From the NCBI GenBank assembly GCA_009780415.1, contig WRAC01000005.1, positions 14,835-78,834 on the forward strand: a stretch of DNA of 64,000 bases, written 5' to 3'. Of this stretch, positions 18,899 to 29,049 are shown in pieces. Position 1 is the first letter of the stretch, and each line of letters begins with the position of its first letter. Made by a program: the position numbers and the translations under genes. The DNA comes from Defluviitaleaceae bacterium. GTDB lineage: Bacteria > Bacillota > Clostridia > Lachnospirales > WRAX01. Under the pieces are notes generated by a model. It did no database searches. It had not been told where the DNA came from and saw only the letters and a list, made by a program, of their open reading frames with translations.

Positions 18899-20062
18899 AT
18901 GCATTTACAGGATAAAGTATGGCTGATGGTTAATTCCGCGCGTTTTGACGTGTCGGAAGAGGATGTTTTCTTTGAGTCCAATCTTAGCGGCGGCGGATGC
19001 GCGAAATTACCGCCGCCGAACAAGGTGCCGAAGGTCTTTATGACCAACGAATGCGCGTTTAACTGCCAATACTGCACATGCCGCAGGTCAAACGAGGAGC
19101 GCCGGAACTTTGTTTTGCCGCCCAAGGAATTGGCTGATATTGCTGTGAAGGGGGCCGCCGCGAACGCTGCCGGCATATTTCTGACATCGGCGGTTTATAA
19201 GTCCCCCGATTATACGCAGGAGCTGATAAACCGCACACTGCTTGAAATACGCGGCTCACACGGATACAAGGGTTACCTGCACGCGAAGATCATGCCCGGT
19301 GTGGACGAAAGGCTGATATACGAAGCCGGGCTTTTAGCGGACAGGCTGAGCGTAAACATTGAGCTGCCGCACAGCTCGGGTTATCAAACCATAGCGCGGC
19401 AAAAAAGCAGGGAGAACATCCTGCGTCCCATGGGAGCTATCAGCAGGATGATCAGGGATTTAAACGGAACCCAATTCGCCCGCAGCCAGATTACCCAGCT
19501 TATGGTAGGCACGATGGACGAGGATGACCGCACGATTATAACCTTGTCGGAGGCTATGTATAAGAAATACGGCCTTAAACGCGTCTACTACAGCGCGTTT
19601 TGGCCCGTGCAAGCCACATCGGCGCTGCCGGAAAACAACACCCCGATATGGCGCAGAAACCGCCTGTACCAGGCCGACAGGCTTCTCGCCCTGTACGGCA
19701 TGACCGCGGAAGAACTTGCGCCGGGAAACACCCCGTTTCTGGAGCATGACATAGACCCCAAAACAGCGTGGGCTTTACGTAACTTGCAATTATTCCCAAT
19801 CGAAATAAACAAGGCCGATTACGAAATGCTTTTGCGCGTCCCGGGCATCGGCGTAACCGGCGCGAAACGGATAATCCAAGCCCGCAGATACGGACGCGTA
19901 ACACCGGAAATATTAAAGAAAATGCGCGTATCATTAAAAAACAGCCGTTATTTCCTGACATTCAGCGGCAAATATTACGCAAGCCCTGCCCCCGGCAACG
20001 AAATGTTAAGGGCAAGGCTGTCCAGTGTTGCTGTCAGGCCGGAGCAGTTGTCATATTTATAA
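18899..20062 (+). CDS. Putative DNA modification/repair radical SAM protein with HhH (TIGR03916-like)
   Basis: CAFNCQYC, YKGYLHAK, DRLSVNIELP, RLYQADRL, DPKTAWAL and LLRVPGIG motifs. Confidence 0.85.
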   Translation: MHLQDKVWLMVNSARFDVSEEDVFFESNLSGGGCAKLPPPNKVPKVFMTNECAFNCQYCTCRRSNEERRNFVLPPKELADIAVKGAAANAAGIFLTSAVYKSPDYTQELINRTLLEIRGSHGYKGYLHAKIMPGVDERLIYEAGLLADRLSVNIELPHSSGYQTIARQKSRENILRPMGAISRMIRDLNGTQFARSQITQLMVGTMDEDDRTIITLSEAMYKKYGLKRVYYSAFWPVQATSALPENNTPIWRRNRLYQADRLLALYGMTAEELAPGNTPFLEHDIDPKTAWALRNLQLFPIEINKADYEMLLRVPGIGVTGAKRIIQARRYGRVTPEILKKMRVSLKNSRYFLTFSGKYYASPAPGNEMLRARLSSVAVRPEQLSYL

Positions 20063-20075
20063 ATACGAAACAGAA

Positions 20076-20126
20076 GGGTCAAGGGACGAATGTCCCTTGC
20101 GGGGGTTTGGGGGCGGCGTCCCCAAG
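20076..20126. repeat. Tandem GC-rich double hairpin between convergent genes (REP-like or bidirectional terminator)
   Basis: CAAGGGAC-GAAT-GTCCCTTG (20080-20099) and TTGGGGGC-GGC-GTCCCCAA (20107-20125), each preceded by GGGT. Confidence 0.6.
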
Positions 20127-20129
20127 GTT

Positions 20130-20771
20130 TTATTTATTTAAAATCGCCTGCTTAGCGGCCTCGGCGGCGGAAGCGGCGTCGGCGGTGTAGATATCGGCGC
20201 CGGCGCTGTTGCGGAAGCTGTCCGTCACGGGCGCCCCGCCTATCATTATCGTCACGCTGTCACGGATGCCGGCGGCCGTGAACGCTTCGACGGTGTTTTT
20301 CATTTCGCCCATTGTCGTGGTCAGAAGCGCGGATAAAGCGACAACGTCCGGTTTTTCGGTTTCATAGGCTTCCACGAATTTTTCGGGGGAAACGTCTACG
20401 CCAAGGTCGACGACTTCGATGCCCTTGCCTTCAAACATCATGCGGACAAGATTCTTGCCGATATCGTGCAGATCGCCCTTTACCGTGCCGATAATCGCCT
20501 TGCCGATGGGTTTGGCCCCGGCTTCGGCAAGATGCGGCTTCAACAGTGTGGTTCCGGCATTCATCGCCCGCGCCGCTATTAATACTTCAGGGACGTACAC
20601 CTCGTTTTTTTGGAACTTATCCGCGACGATATCCATACCCGCCAGCAAGCCTTTTTCCAAAATGTCCTTGGAACTGACGTTTTCGGACAGGGCCTGCTCG
20701 ATCAGTTCCGTAACGGCTTTGGCTTTGCCGCTTTGCAGCGCTTCCGAAATTTGGTTAATAAGTTCGCTCAT
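20130..20771 (-). CDS. Corrinoid (B12-binding) methyl-carrier protein, MtaC/MttC family
   Basis: Cap domain (VYVPEVLIAARAM), DLHDIGKNLV (DxHxxG), SALLTTTM and MIGGAPV motifs. Confidence 0.93.
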   Translation of the reverse strand: MSELINQISEALQSGKAKAVTELIEQALSENVSSKDILEKGLLAGMDIVADKFQKNEVYVPEVLIAARAMNAGTTLLKPHLAEAGAKPIGKAIIGTVKGDLHDIGKNLVRMMFEGKGIEVVDLGVDVSPEKFVEAYETEKPDVVALSALLTTTMGEMKNTVEAFTAAGIRDSVTIMIGGAPVTDSFRNSAGADIYTADAASAAEAAKQAILNK

Positions 20772-20836
20772 GTAATATTGCCTCCCAAGGTTAATTATTT
20801 GTATGATATCAAAAAATTCACAGTTTGTCTAACATT

Positions 20837-21913
20837 TTAGTATTTTCCCAGCTCCAAACCCTTTTCCAGAAAATACCGGAACGAGTCGTAACGCACCGTC
20901 GGCGGTATGGAATGGTCGCTGCTAAGAATGTATCCGAAACCGTCTTTTACAACGGGTATTTTGGATTTTAACTCCGCGCCGATGATGTCCCGGTCGTTGG
21001 AATAAAGGCAGCGCACATCAATGCCGCCAAGCAAGGCAATTTTATCTCCGTAATTTTTATGTATGCGGAGCAAGTCCATCCCCGCCTTTATTTCAATGGT
21101 TTGATAACCGTTTATGCCCGCTTCGATCATCTTAGGAAGAAGCGGCTCAACATAACCGCAGGAATGCATAATCACGGGTAACTTCAAAGAACGCGCAAAA
21201 TCAATCGTTTTCTTGTGCGACGGGAAAATCAGCTCACCGTACATTGCGGGAGACATAAACGGCCTTTCCTTAAAACCCATGTCCTCGCAAAACCAAAGGC
21301 CGTCCGGCTTGCCTTCTCTGGCAAACAATATTTCCATCAGCGCTACCGTCAGGTTCGCGTATGTTTCCGCCATATCCAAAATCCACCCGGGGTCAAGCGC
21401 CATCCCGGCCAACATATGCTCATGGCCCGCGATGGGGTGCATACACTCAAACACATTAACGCCGCTCCATGTGAAGAAACGGTTTGCTTTACGGGCGGCT
21501 TCCTTTGACTGCCTGTACCGCTCAAAATTAATCCTGCGCTCGTCCGGTTTAACCAGGAAAGGCTTGTATTCCTCCCAGTCGCGGCGCGTTTTGACCGTGA
21601 AATCAACGTGTTCCGGCGTGGTTTCTCGTTTTTTATGCCTTCTGAGGTATGCCCCGTTTCCGTCAAGGGTCGTTACGGTTTCATCCGTCTCGGCAACTAT
21701 TTTGACGGTAAAATCAAGGTCGGCGGTGAGGTTAAAGGGCCAGCCCTCCTGCATGTCAAACCCGAAATGATCCTCAAAGCTTTCGTCCGCGCCGACTTTG
21801 CCGTCTTTGCGGTATTCGGGGTAAGTCCCGTCCCAAAAATGCTCGTAAACGCCGAGCCTGTCCACGGGTTTCTTGTTCAGGATATTTGAAATACGCTCTA
21901 TACCCGTCATCAT
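20837..21913 (-). CDS. Uroporphyrinogen decarboxylase-superfamily protein (probable corrinoid methyltransferase)
   Basis: EDMGFK..FMSP, HSCG, LGGID and SSDHSIPP motifs; ATGA overlap with the upstream SGNH gene. Confidence 0.8.
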   Translation of the reverse strand: MMTGIERISNILNKKPVDRLGVYEHFWDGTYPEYRKDGKVGADESFEDHFGFDMQEGWPFNLTADLDFTVKIVAETDETVTTLDGNGAYLRRHKKRETTPEHVDFTVKTRRDWEEYKPFLVKPDERRINFERYRQSKEAARKANRFFTWSGVNVFECMHPIAGHEHMLAGMALDPGWILDMAETYANLTVALMEILFAREGKPDGLWFCEDMGFKERPFMSPAMYGELIFPSHKKTIDFARSLKLPVIMHSCGYVEPLLPKMIEAGINGYQTIEIKAGMDLLRIHKNYGDKIALLGGIDVRCLYSNDRDIIGAELKSKIPVVKDGFGYILSSDHSIPPTVRYDSFRYFLEKGLELGKY

Positions 21914-22554
21914 ATTACGCCAACGTGGCGCAGCCATTCCCGCGCAATCAACGCATGCCCGTAATCAGTGGGGTGTACGCCGTCCTCCGCTATATCGCGG
22001 GCCGGGACTCCCTGAACGGCGAAACGGGCCAGCAAGCCGTCCAACGGTATGTAGATATCGGCAAATTCCCCCGCCAGCTCGCGCACGGCCTGTATCTTGG
22101 GCTCAAGGTCTTCGCGCCAGGCGTTCTGGCCCGGCAAGACGTGCAGGAGAAAGGGATCCATCATGATGATTTTTGTTTCGGGGAGATCCCGTTTTATAAA
22201 TGACAGCAGCTCACGGTAACCGCCGGTAAAAGTGTCTTCCGCTGTTGGGTCGCCGCTGTCATATCTGCGCCAGACATCGTTTATCCCGATAAGAATGGAC
22301 AGCGCATCAGGCTTTAGCTCCAAAATATCCGCGGCATACCGCGCAAGCACGTCGCGCACGCGGTTCCCCGAAACGCCCCGGTTTAAAAATACGGTTCCCG
22401 AATCCGGGCACAGGGAGTTGTAAATATCAGCGGCACGTTTTACATAGCCGTTTCCCAATGAGCCGCAATCACAGCGGTCACGCCCGCAGTCCGTAACGGA
22501 ATCCCCTTGAAACAATACTCTCTGTTTATTAAAAATATACTTCATACGCGTCAA
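21910..22554 (-). CDS. SGNH/GDSL esterase
   Basis: FQGDSVTD, NRGVSG, IGIND and DGVHP blocks. Confidence 0.9.
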   Translation of the reverse strand: MTRMKYIFNKQRVLFQGDSVTDCGRDRCDCGSLGNGYVKRAADIYNSLCPDSGTVFLNRGVSGNRVRDVLARYAADILELKPDALSILIGINDVWRRYDSGDPTAEDTFTGGYRELLSFIKRDLPETKIIMMDPFLLHVLPGQNAWREDLEPKIQAVRELAGEFADIYIPLDGLLARFAVQGVPARDIAEDGVHPTDYGHALIAREWLRHVGVI

Positions 22555-22728
22555 TCCCTTTTGAATTATTGCGTTAACTTATTTAAATACGTTTCCGCAG
22601 CGGAGCGCGGCTTATCGCATAAAACCAATTAAGGTTCCTTATATAGAATACCACATGGGTATACATATGTCTATCCGCTCTTTCTGTTTTATGTATAGGA
22701 ATACACCCCGGGCAACACATGAATAAAT

Positions 22729-22757
22729 TTGACATTGAACAATCGCGGTGATATACT
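22729..22757 (+). promoter_or_regulatory. sigma-A promoter TTGACA-N17-TATACT with extended TG
   Basis: Near-consensus promoter 50 nt upstream of the hybrid kinase start. Confidence 0.75.
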
Positions 22758-22806
22758 GTAATGGCAAATGTAAGCACCGCAAAGACTGTACCTAAGGTGG
22801 TCCACA

Positions 22807-25800
22807 GTGAAAACACTCAGGAGTATAACGTACTTTCTTCTTTTTGCGATGCTGTTTACCGCCGTTTGTTCGGGCTGCCGGGATACCGGCGTACATAAAT
22901 CCGCCGGAGCGCCGGCGTTCTCCACATACCGCGATATCCCCGGCGTTACAGCCGCGGAAATAGCGGCGATAGAAGCGTTGCGCGGGCAAACCGACTATTT
23001 TACATACGGAATGATGCACAGTACCGAGGCATTCATTGATGTTGACGGCAATACCGGCGGGTATGCCGTTTTGGTATGCGAATGGCTGACTGATTTGTTC
23101 GGGATTTCGTTCGTTCCAAGGATTGTTACATGGGAAGGCCTGTTTGAAGGGCTTGCAAACGGCGGGATTGATTTTACCGGAACCTTGACGGCTGCCATGG
23201 AACGCGAACAAATATACCATATGACCACCCCCATCGCATGCCGCACGATAAAATCCTTCCGAATCATAGGAAGCGAACCCCTTCCGGAAATCGCGCTAAA
23301 GCGCCTGCCGCGATATGCGCTCCTCCAGGGCGCGGCAAGCGCCGCCGATATCCTGCTTTACGCTATTGAAGACTTTGAACCCGTATTTGTCAATGAATAC
23401 ATAGACGCGTACCGGCTGTTAAAATCCGGGGAGGCTGACGCCCTTCTCGCTGAAAATTCCGCGGAAGCTATTTTCGATGAATACGGCGATATATTAACAT
23501 CGGTTTATATACCGATGATTCGCGCTTGCGTGTCTTTCGCAACGCAAAACCCCGAGCTTGCGCCGATTGTCTCAGTCATGCAAAAAGCGCTGGATAACAG
23601 CGGTAATTATTATTTAGACGAGTTATATTACGAGGGCCATCAAGTGTATTTAAAGCATAAGATGCTTATGCGGCTTACCGATGAGGAGGTTGAGTACATA
23701 AGCAACAATCCCGTTATACCGCTTGGAGCCGAATTCGATAATTATCCCGTAAGTTTTTTTAATACCCACGATAACGTGTGGGAGGGGATAAGCTTTGATG
23801 TTCTCAAGCAAATTGAACTATTGACGGGGCTTGCATTTGAGGTAAAGAATAATAAAAATACGGCGTTCTTCGAACTTCTCCAAATGCTTCGGAATGGGGA
23901 AGTATATATTGTTTCAGAGGTAATACGCACCGACGACCGGGAAGGGTTGTATTTATGGCCCGAAAACTCGTTTATGGAGGAACGGTCGGTGCTGATATCC
24001 CGGATAGACCATCAAAATATCAGCATAGACAGGATCCACGCCGAAACAATCGGATTAAGCAGAGGCACCGCCCACGCCGAATTTTTCCGCAGACTGTTTC
24101 CGCATCACCCGGATACAATTGATTACGAAAGCCAGGAAGCCTCCTTTGACGCCCTGAGACGGGGCGAGGTGTGTATGGTGATGAACAGCTACAGCACGCT
24201 CCTGCATCTTACGCACTATCTGGAAGACCCTGATTTCAAGGCGAATTATATTTTCGACAACATGTTTACGTCAACCTTCGGCATTAACGTAAATCAACCC
24301 GTTTTACGCTCCGTCATCGATAAGTCGCTTGATTTTATCGACACCCGCGCAATCTCGGAGCAGTGGCGGCATAGGACATACGATTACGAGCTGAGGCTGG
24401 CCCGGGCAAGAATGCCGTGGTTTATCGGCACAACGGTTTTGACCGTGCTTGTCCTCATCCTTGTCGCCGCCGTGCTTGTCAGAAGCCGCCTTCATGAGAA
24501 GCGGCTGGAAAAAATCGTAGGGGAGCGCACCCACGAACTGGCGATCCAAACAACCACGCTCAGCACATTGTTTGATTCAATCCCCGACCATATATTTACA
24601 AAGGATTTTGACCTGCGTTATACGCATGTGAATAAAGCGCTTTTGGAACACCACGGCAAGCGCTTGGAAGACGTCATCGGTAAAACCGACTCGGAGGGCC
24701 TTGGCATACCCGAGGATATGGCGGCATTTTTTAATTACAATGACCGTGTGGTAATGCGCGAGGGGCGGACGGTTGTAATTCAGGAACACATACCCAATGT
24801 CAGCGGGGCGAACCCCCTTTACGAAACGGTAAAAATGCCGCTTATTGTGGACGGCGAAGCAGTCGGGATCATGGGCGTGGCGCATAATATTACAAAGCTT
24901 AAAGAATCGGAGCTTGCCATGGCGGCCCATTTTGAATATGTTAAGAAGCTGAGCGACGCGCTGGCGTTCATTACAAAATCCCCAACCATTTCCAACGGTA
25001 ATCTGAAAAGCGCCGCCGATGTTATCGCACAGAAGGGCGGCCTTGCGCTGGACGCCGGCAGCGTCAGCGTTTGGCGCTTGGCGGAAGGAAGGGATGTTCT
25101 TGAAAACATCACAAAGTATGTTGTTTCAACCTGTGCGATTACCACTCAGGAAGACTTCGATATTTCACAAAGGCCTGAATACGAGCGTCTCCTCAGAAAC
25201 GAGCGGCTTATCGTTATAAATGATATAGTCACGAACGACCCGGGGGATTATTACAAATACAATACCAAGCTGCGCGCCATTCTTGAAGCCCCCATACGTA
25301 TCGGCGGCAAGCTGTACGGGTTGGTCAGCATAGAGCAGGAAGCCTGCGAACGGTATCCGGGAAGGCGCGACTGGACGACTGAGGAGCAGAATTTCGCCTC
25401 GTCCCTTGCCGATATCATGGCGGTCGCTGTGACGAGCTACGAGCGGCGCATGGCAAGCGAGGAAGCGGAAATGGCCAATCAGGCCAAGTCCACTTTCCTG
25501 GCGAATATGAGCCACGAAATACGAACGCCGATGAACGCCATCCTGGGCGTTACCGAAATCCTTATGCAGGATGATACGCTTTCCGGCGAGGTTGAGGAAG
25601 GGCTTGACAAGATATATAATTCGTGCAATCTGCTTCTGGGCATCATCAACGATATACTGGACTTCTCCAAGATAGAGGCGGGGAAGATGGACATAACACC
25701 CGCGCGGTATAAGGTCGCCAGCCTGATAAACGACGCCGTGCAGCTTAATATGATGCGGATAGACAGCAAACCCATCGAATTTGAGCTTCAAATTGACGGG

Positions 25801-27849
25801 GACGTCCCGGAAAAACTGGTTGGCGACGAGGTACGCATAAAACAGATTTTGAACAACCTGCTTTCCAACGCCTTTAAATACACGGATTCCGGCAAGGTTA
25901 CGCTGTCGGTCTCAGCGGAACCCGGGGTGGATAAAGACGTGGTAACGCTGATTTTCGGCGTGCGCGATACGGGCTTTGGCATGACGGAGGCTCAGCTTGG
26001 CAAATTGTTTGACGAGTATTCCCGGTTTGCAAAGACCGACGCAACCATCGAGGGCGCGGGATTGGGCCTTGCCATCACCCAACGGCTGACCGGCCTTATG
26101 GAGGGCGGGATACATGTTGAGAGCGAGCCCGGCGCAGGCTCCATGTTTACGGTGTGGCTGCCTCAGGGGAAGGTTGACGGCAATGTGCTGGGCGGGGATG
26201 TCGCCGAAAACCTGAAGCAATTCCGCACGAACTATATGGCGAATAAGAAAAGGCCCCAGATTGCCCGTGACCCGATGCCTTACGGGAACATCCTCCTTGT
26301 CGACGACGTGGAGACGAACCTGTATGTCGCCGTGGGCCTGATGAAGCTTTACAAGCTGCGGATCGACACCGTAATGAGAGGGCGCGATGCCATCGACAAA
26401 ATAAAAGCCGGCAATGTGTACGATATTATATTTATGGATCATATGATGCCGGAAATGGACGGCATAGAGACGACGAGGCATTTGCGCGATATGGGGTATA
26501 CAAGACCCATTGTGGCGCTGACGGCCAACGCCGTGTCCGGCCAGTCGGATATGTTTTTGCAAAACGGCTTCGATGAGTTCATTTCAAAGCCGATTGACGT
26601 ACGCCAGCTGAACTCCATACTTCTGCGGCTTGTAAGGGACAAGCAGCCCCCCGAGGTCATTGAGGCCGCGCGCCTGGAAATGGACAGGCAAAAAGGAGCG
26701 CAGGACGAGGACGGCGAGCATCCGAAAACGGACGCGATGCTGATGGAGTCCTTTATGCGGGATGCCCGCAAGGCGATAGAGGCTTTGGAAGAGCAGCGCG
26801 AAAAAGGCGGGTTTGAGGACGCCGAATCCCTGCGTAAGTTTACCGCCATCGTACACGGCATGAAAAGCTCCCTGCTTTATATCGGCGAGCCGGCGCTTTC
26901 AGACGAGGCGTTTAAACTGGAAACAGCGGGGCGCAAGCAGGATACGGACTTGATAACGTCGTCCGTTTGCGGGTTTGTGGATGAATTACGTTCGCTTATA
27001 GATAAACTGACAAAAACCCGTGAAGCCGCCGGCACAGCCGGGGATACGCGGGATATACGCGGCAGGCTGCTGGCCATTGCGGAAATGTGCGCGGATTATA
27101 ACAGGAAGGATGCCTTGAAAGCCATTGCCGGGATCGAAAACCCCTCCGCCGGAACAAGGGCGGTATTGGTTAATATTAAGGAACTGATTCTGCACAGTGA
27201 ATTTGAGGAAGCCGAAAGCGTGCTGGAAGCATACGCATCCGGCCTGACCGGCGGCTGTGACTCAAAAACACCGCCTATTATCCAAAACAAGGAAATAACC
27301 GGGCTGGACATTGCCAAAGGCATAAAACGGTATGACGGCGACGAAAATACATATATCAAAATACTGCGCTCATATGCCGCAAACATCCGCTCCATATTAG
27401 ATTCATTGGGGACTGTAGGCGAAGAGAGCCTTAAAGAGTATAAAATCAAGGTACACGGCATCAAAGGGGCAAGCTTTGATATCTTTGCCCCCGAAATAGG
27501 CGAAGCGGCGAAAAAACTGGAGGAAGCGGCAACCGTCGGCGACCTCGTTTATATACACGGGCATAATCCGGCATTCGTTGAATCCGCGCGGATATTCATA
27601 GGCGATATTGACGGTGTGCTCTCAGCCATAGACGCGGAAAACCCCAAACCCAAAAAAGACAAGCCGGACCCCGGGGTGCTGTCAAAGCTGAGCGATGCCT
27701 GTGTCATCTACGATATAACCGGCGTGGACGCCGCGATGGACGAGATAGAAAAATACCGGTATGAATCCGATGGCGGCCTTGCAAGCTGGCTGCGGGAGAA
27801 CGTGGATATGATGAGATTCCCGCAGATCGTTGAAAAACTTACGGAGTAA
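22807..27849 (+). CDS. Hybrid sensor histidine kinase (2x SBP3, TM, PAS, GAF, HisKA, HATPase, REC, 2x HPt)
   Basis: FLANMSHEIRTPMNAI, QILNNLLSNAFKYT, GAGLGLAI, FMDHMMP; HPt motifs VHGMKSS and VHGIKGAS. Confidence 0.9.
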   Translation: MKTLRSITYFLLFAMLFTAVCSGCRDTGVHKSAGAPAFSTYRDIPGVTAAEIAAIEALRGQTDYFTYGMMHSTEAFIDVDGNTGGYAVLVCEWLTDLFGISFVPRIVTWEGLFEGLANGGIDFTGTLTAAMEREQIYHMTTPIACRTIKSFRIIGSEPLPEIALKRLPRYALLQGAASAADILLYAIEDFEPVFVNEYIDAYRLLKSGEADALLAENSAEAIFDEYGDILTSVYIPMIRACVSFATQNPELAPIVSVMQKALDNSGNYYLDELYYEGHQVYLKHKMLMRLTDEEVEYISNNPVIPLGAEFDNYPVSFFNTHDNVWEGISFDVLKQIELLTGLAFEVKNNKNTAFFELLQMLRNGEVYIVSEVIRTDDREGLYLWPENSFMEERSVLISRIDHQNISIDRIHAETIGLSRGTAHAEFFRRLFPHHPDTIDYESQEASFDALRRGEVCMVMNSYSTLLHLTHYLEDPDFKANYIFDNMFTSTFGINVNQPVLRSVIDKSLDFIDTRAISEQWRHRTYDYELRLARARMPWFIGTTVLTVLVLILVAAVLVRSRLHEKRLEKIVGERTHELAIQTTTLSTLFDSIPDHIFTKDFDLRYTHVNKALLEHHGKRLEDVIGKTDSEGLGIPEDMAAFFNYNDRVVMREGRTVVIQEHIPNVSGANPLYETVKMPLIVDGEAVGIMGVAHNITKLKESELAMAAHFEYVKKLSDALAFITKSPTISNGNLKSAADVIAQKGGLALDAGSVSVWRLAEGRDVLENITKYVVSTCAITTQEDFDISQRPEYERLLRNERLIVINDIVTNDPGDYYKYNTKLRAILEAPIRIGGKLYGLVSIEQEACERYPGRRDWTTEEQNFASSLADIMAVAVTSYERRMASEEAEMANQAKSTFLANMSHEIRTPMNAILGVTEILMQDDTLSGEVEEGLDKIYNSCNLLLGIINDILDFSKIEAGKMDITPARYKVASLINDAVQLNMMRIDSKPIEFELQIDGDVPEKLVGDEVRIKQILNNLLSNAFKYTDSGKVTLSVSAEPGVDKDVVTLIFGVRDTGFGMTEAQLGKLFDEYSRFAKTDATIEGAGLGLAITQRLTGLMEGGIHVESEPGAGSMFTVWLPQGKVDGNVLGGDVAENLKQFRTNYMANKKRPQIARDPMPYGNILLVDDVETNLYVAVGLMKLYKLRIDTVMRGRDAIDKIKAGNVYDIIFMDHMMPEMDGIETTRHLRDMGYTRPIVALTANAVSGQSDMFLQNGFDEFISKPIDVRQLNSILLRLVRDKQPPEVIEAARLEMDRQKGAQDEDGEHPKTDAMLMESFMRDARKAIEALEEQREKGGFEDAESLRKFTAIVHGMKSSLLYIGEPALSDEAFKLETAGRKQDTDLITSSVCGFVDELRSLIDKLTKTREAAGTAGDTRDIRGRLLAIAEMCADYNRKDALKAIAGIENPSAGTRAVLVNIKELILHSEFEEAESVLEAYASGLTGGCDSKTPPIIQNKEITGLDIAKGIKRYDGDENTYIKILRSYAANIRSILDSLGTVGEESLKEYKIKVHGIKGASFDIFAPEIGEAAKKLEEAATVGDLVYIHGHNPAFVESARIFIGDIDGVLSAIDAENPKPKKDKPDPGVLSKLSDACVIYDITGVDAAMDEIEKYRYESDGGLASWLRENVDMMRFPQIVEKLTE

Positions 27850-27869
27850 GGTTTAAAGGAGTTTTGAAC

Positions 27870-28667
27870 ATGAACGGCACGCGTAAGAAGATTATGCTGA
27901 TTGACGACATCAATTACCACTTGATGTCCACAAAGGAAAGGTTAAAGGCATATTACGATGTTTATACCGCCAGGACTGCGGAGATTTTCTTTGAGACGCT
28001 GGAAAATGTTACGCCCGATATTGTATTGCTGGATATTAATATGCCGGATGCGGATGGTTATGAGGTTTTTGACCGGTTTAAGGCCGATACGCGTTTTGAC
28101 GGGATACCGGTGGTGTTTCTGACATCGCAGAACGACAGGAAGAATATAATCAAGAGCATGAATCTGGGCGTGTCCGATTTTATAACCAAGCCCTATACCG
28201 ACACGGAATTGACCGAATGCATAGAGTATCAGCTGCATCCTGAAAAACGCGGCACGAACAAACCTATAATCCTGGCTGTTGACGACAACCCCAGCATCTT
28301 AAAAACGCTCAACGCTTTATTGCAGGAGGATTACACGGTATATACGCTGCCGGAACCGGATAAGATGCAGGTGCTGCTGGGTATTGTAACCCCGGATTTA
28401 TTTCTGCTGGACTATATGATGCCCGTAATAAACGGGTTTGACCTTGTCCCGGTAATACGGAAAATTCCGGTGCACGCGGAAACCCCGATAATGTACTTGA
28501 CATCCGAGGCTACGATTGATAACATTTCCGTGGCGATGACCATCGGGGCCTGCGATTTCCTGGTAAAGCCAATCAACGACAGGATATTGCGTGAAAAAGT
28601 AGCTATGCATACGAAGAATTTTATTATGATGCGCCGTTTGAGGGAGCTTGACACAAACAGAAGATAG
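27870..28667 (+). CDS. Tandem receiver (REC-REC) response regulator with no output domain
   Basis: IDD/LLDINMP/KP followed by VDD/LLDYMMP/KP. Confidence 0.85.
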   Translation: MNGTRKKIMLIDDINYHLMSTKERLKAYYDVYTARTAEIFFETLENVTPDIVLLDINMPDADGYEVFDRFKADTRFDGIPVVFLTSQNDRKNIIKSMNLGVSDFITKPYTDTELTECIEYQLHPEKRGTNKPIILAVDDNPSILKTLNALLQEDYTVYTLPEPDKMQVLLGIVTPDLFLLDYMMPVINGFDLVPVIRKIPVHAETPIMYLTSEATIDNISVAMTIGACDFLVKPINDRILREKVAMHTKNFIMMRRLRELDTNRR

Positions 28668-28680
28668 GGGGAGTTTTGCC

Positions 28681-29046
28681 TTGCAGGGATTGGTTTTTAT
28701 TGTTGACGATAACGACGCCAACCTGACCGTAGCCGCGTCGGCGCTGGAGAACGATTACCGTGTGCTGACGATGCCTTCCGCGCAAAAAATGTTTGCGCTT
28801 TTGAATAAAAAGAAACCGGATATAATTCTGCTGGATGTTGAAATGCCAGAAATGAGCGGGCTTGAAGCTATTGTTGAATTGAAGAGGAATCCGGAATGGA
28901 GCGGTATCCCCGTTTTTTTTGTTACAGGCTGGATTGACGACGGGCTTATAAACAAGGCCATGGAATTGGGCGCGGTGAACGTTATAAGCAAGCCGTTCGT
29001 GCCGTCGGCGCTGCTTGAATGCATAAAAAATAGCGTAAAGGTGTAA
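28681..29046 (+). CDS. Single-domain response regulator
   Basis: IVDD, LLDVEMP and SKPF motifs; TTG start with GGGGAG RBS. Confidence 0.85.
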   Translation: MQGLVFIVDDNDANLTVAASALENDYRVLTMPSAQKMFALLNKKKPDIILLDVEMPEMSGLEAIVELKRNPEWSGIPVFFVTGWIDDGLINKAMELGAVNVISKPFVPSALLECIKNSVKV

Positions 29047-29049
29047 AAC

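Noticed and set aside
22555-22728. Cobalamin riboswitch upstream of the corrinoid operon, and small ORFs 22583-22925
   Set aside because: No B12-box motifs seen; the ORFs overlap the promoter region and have no recognisable features.
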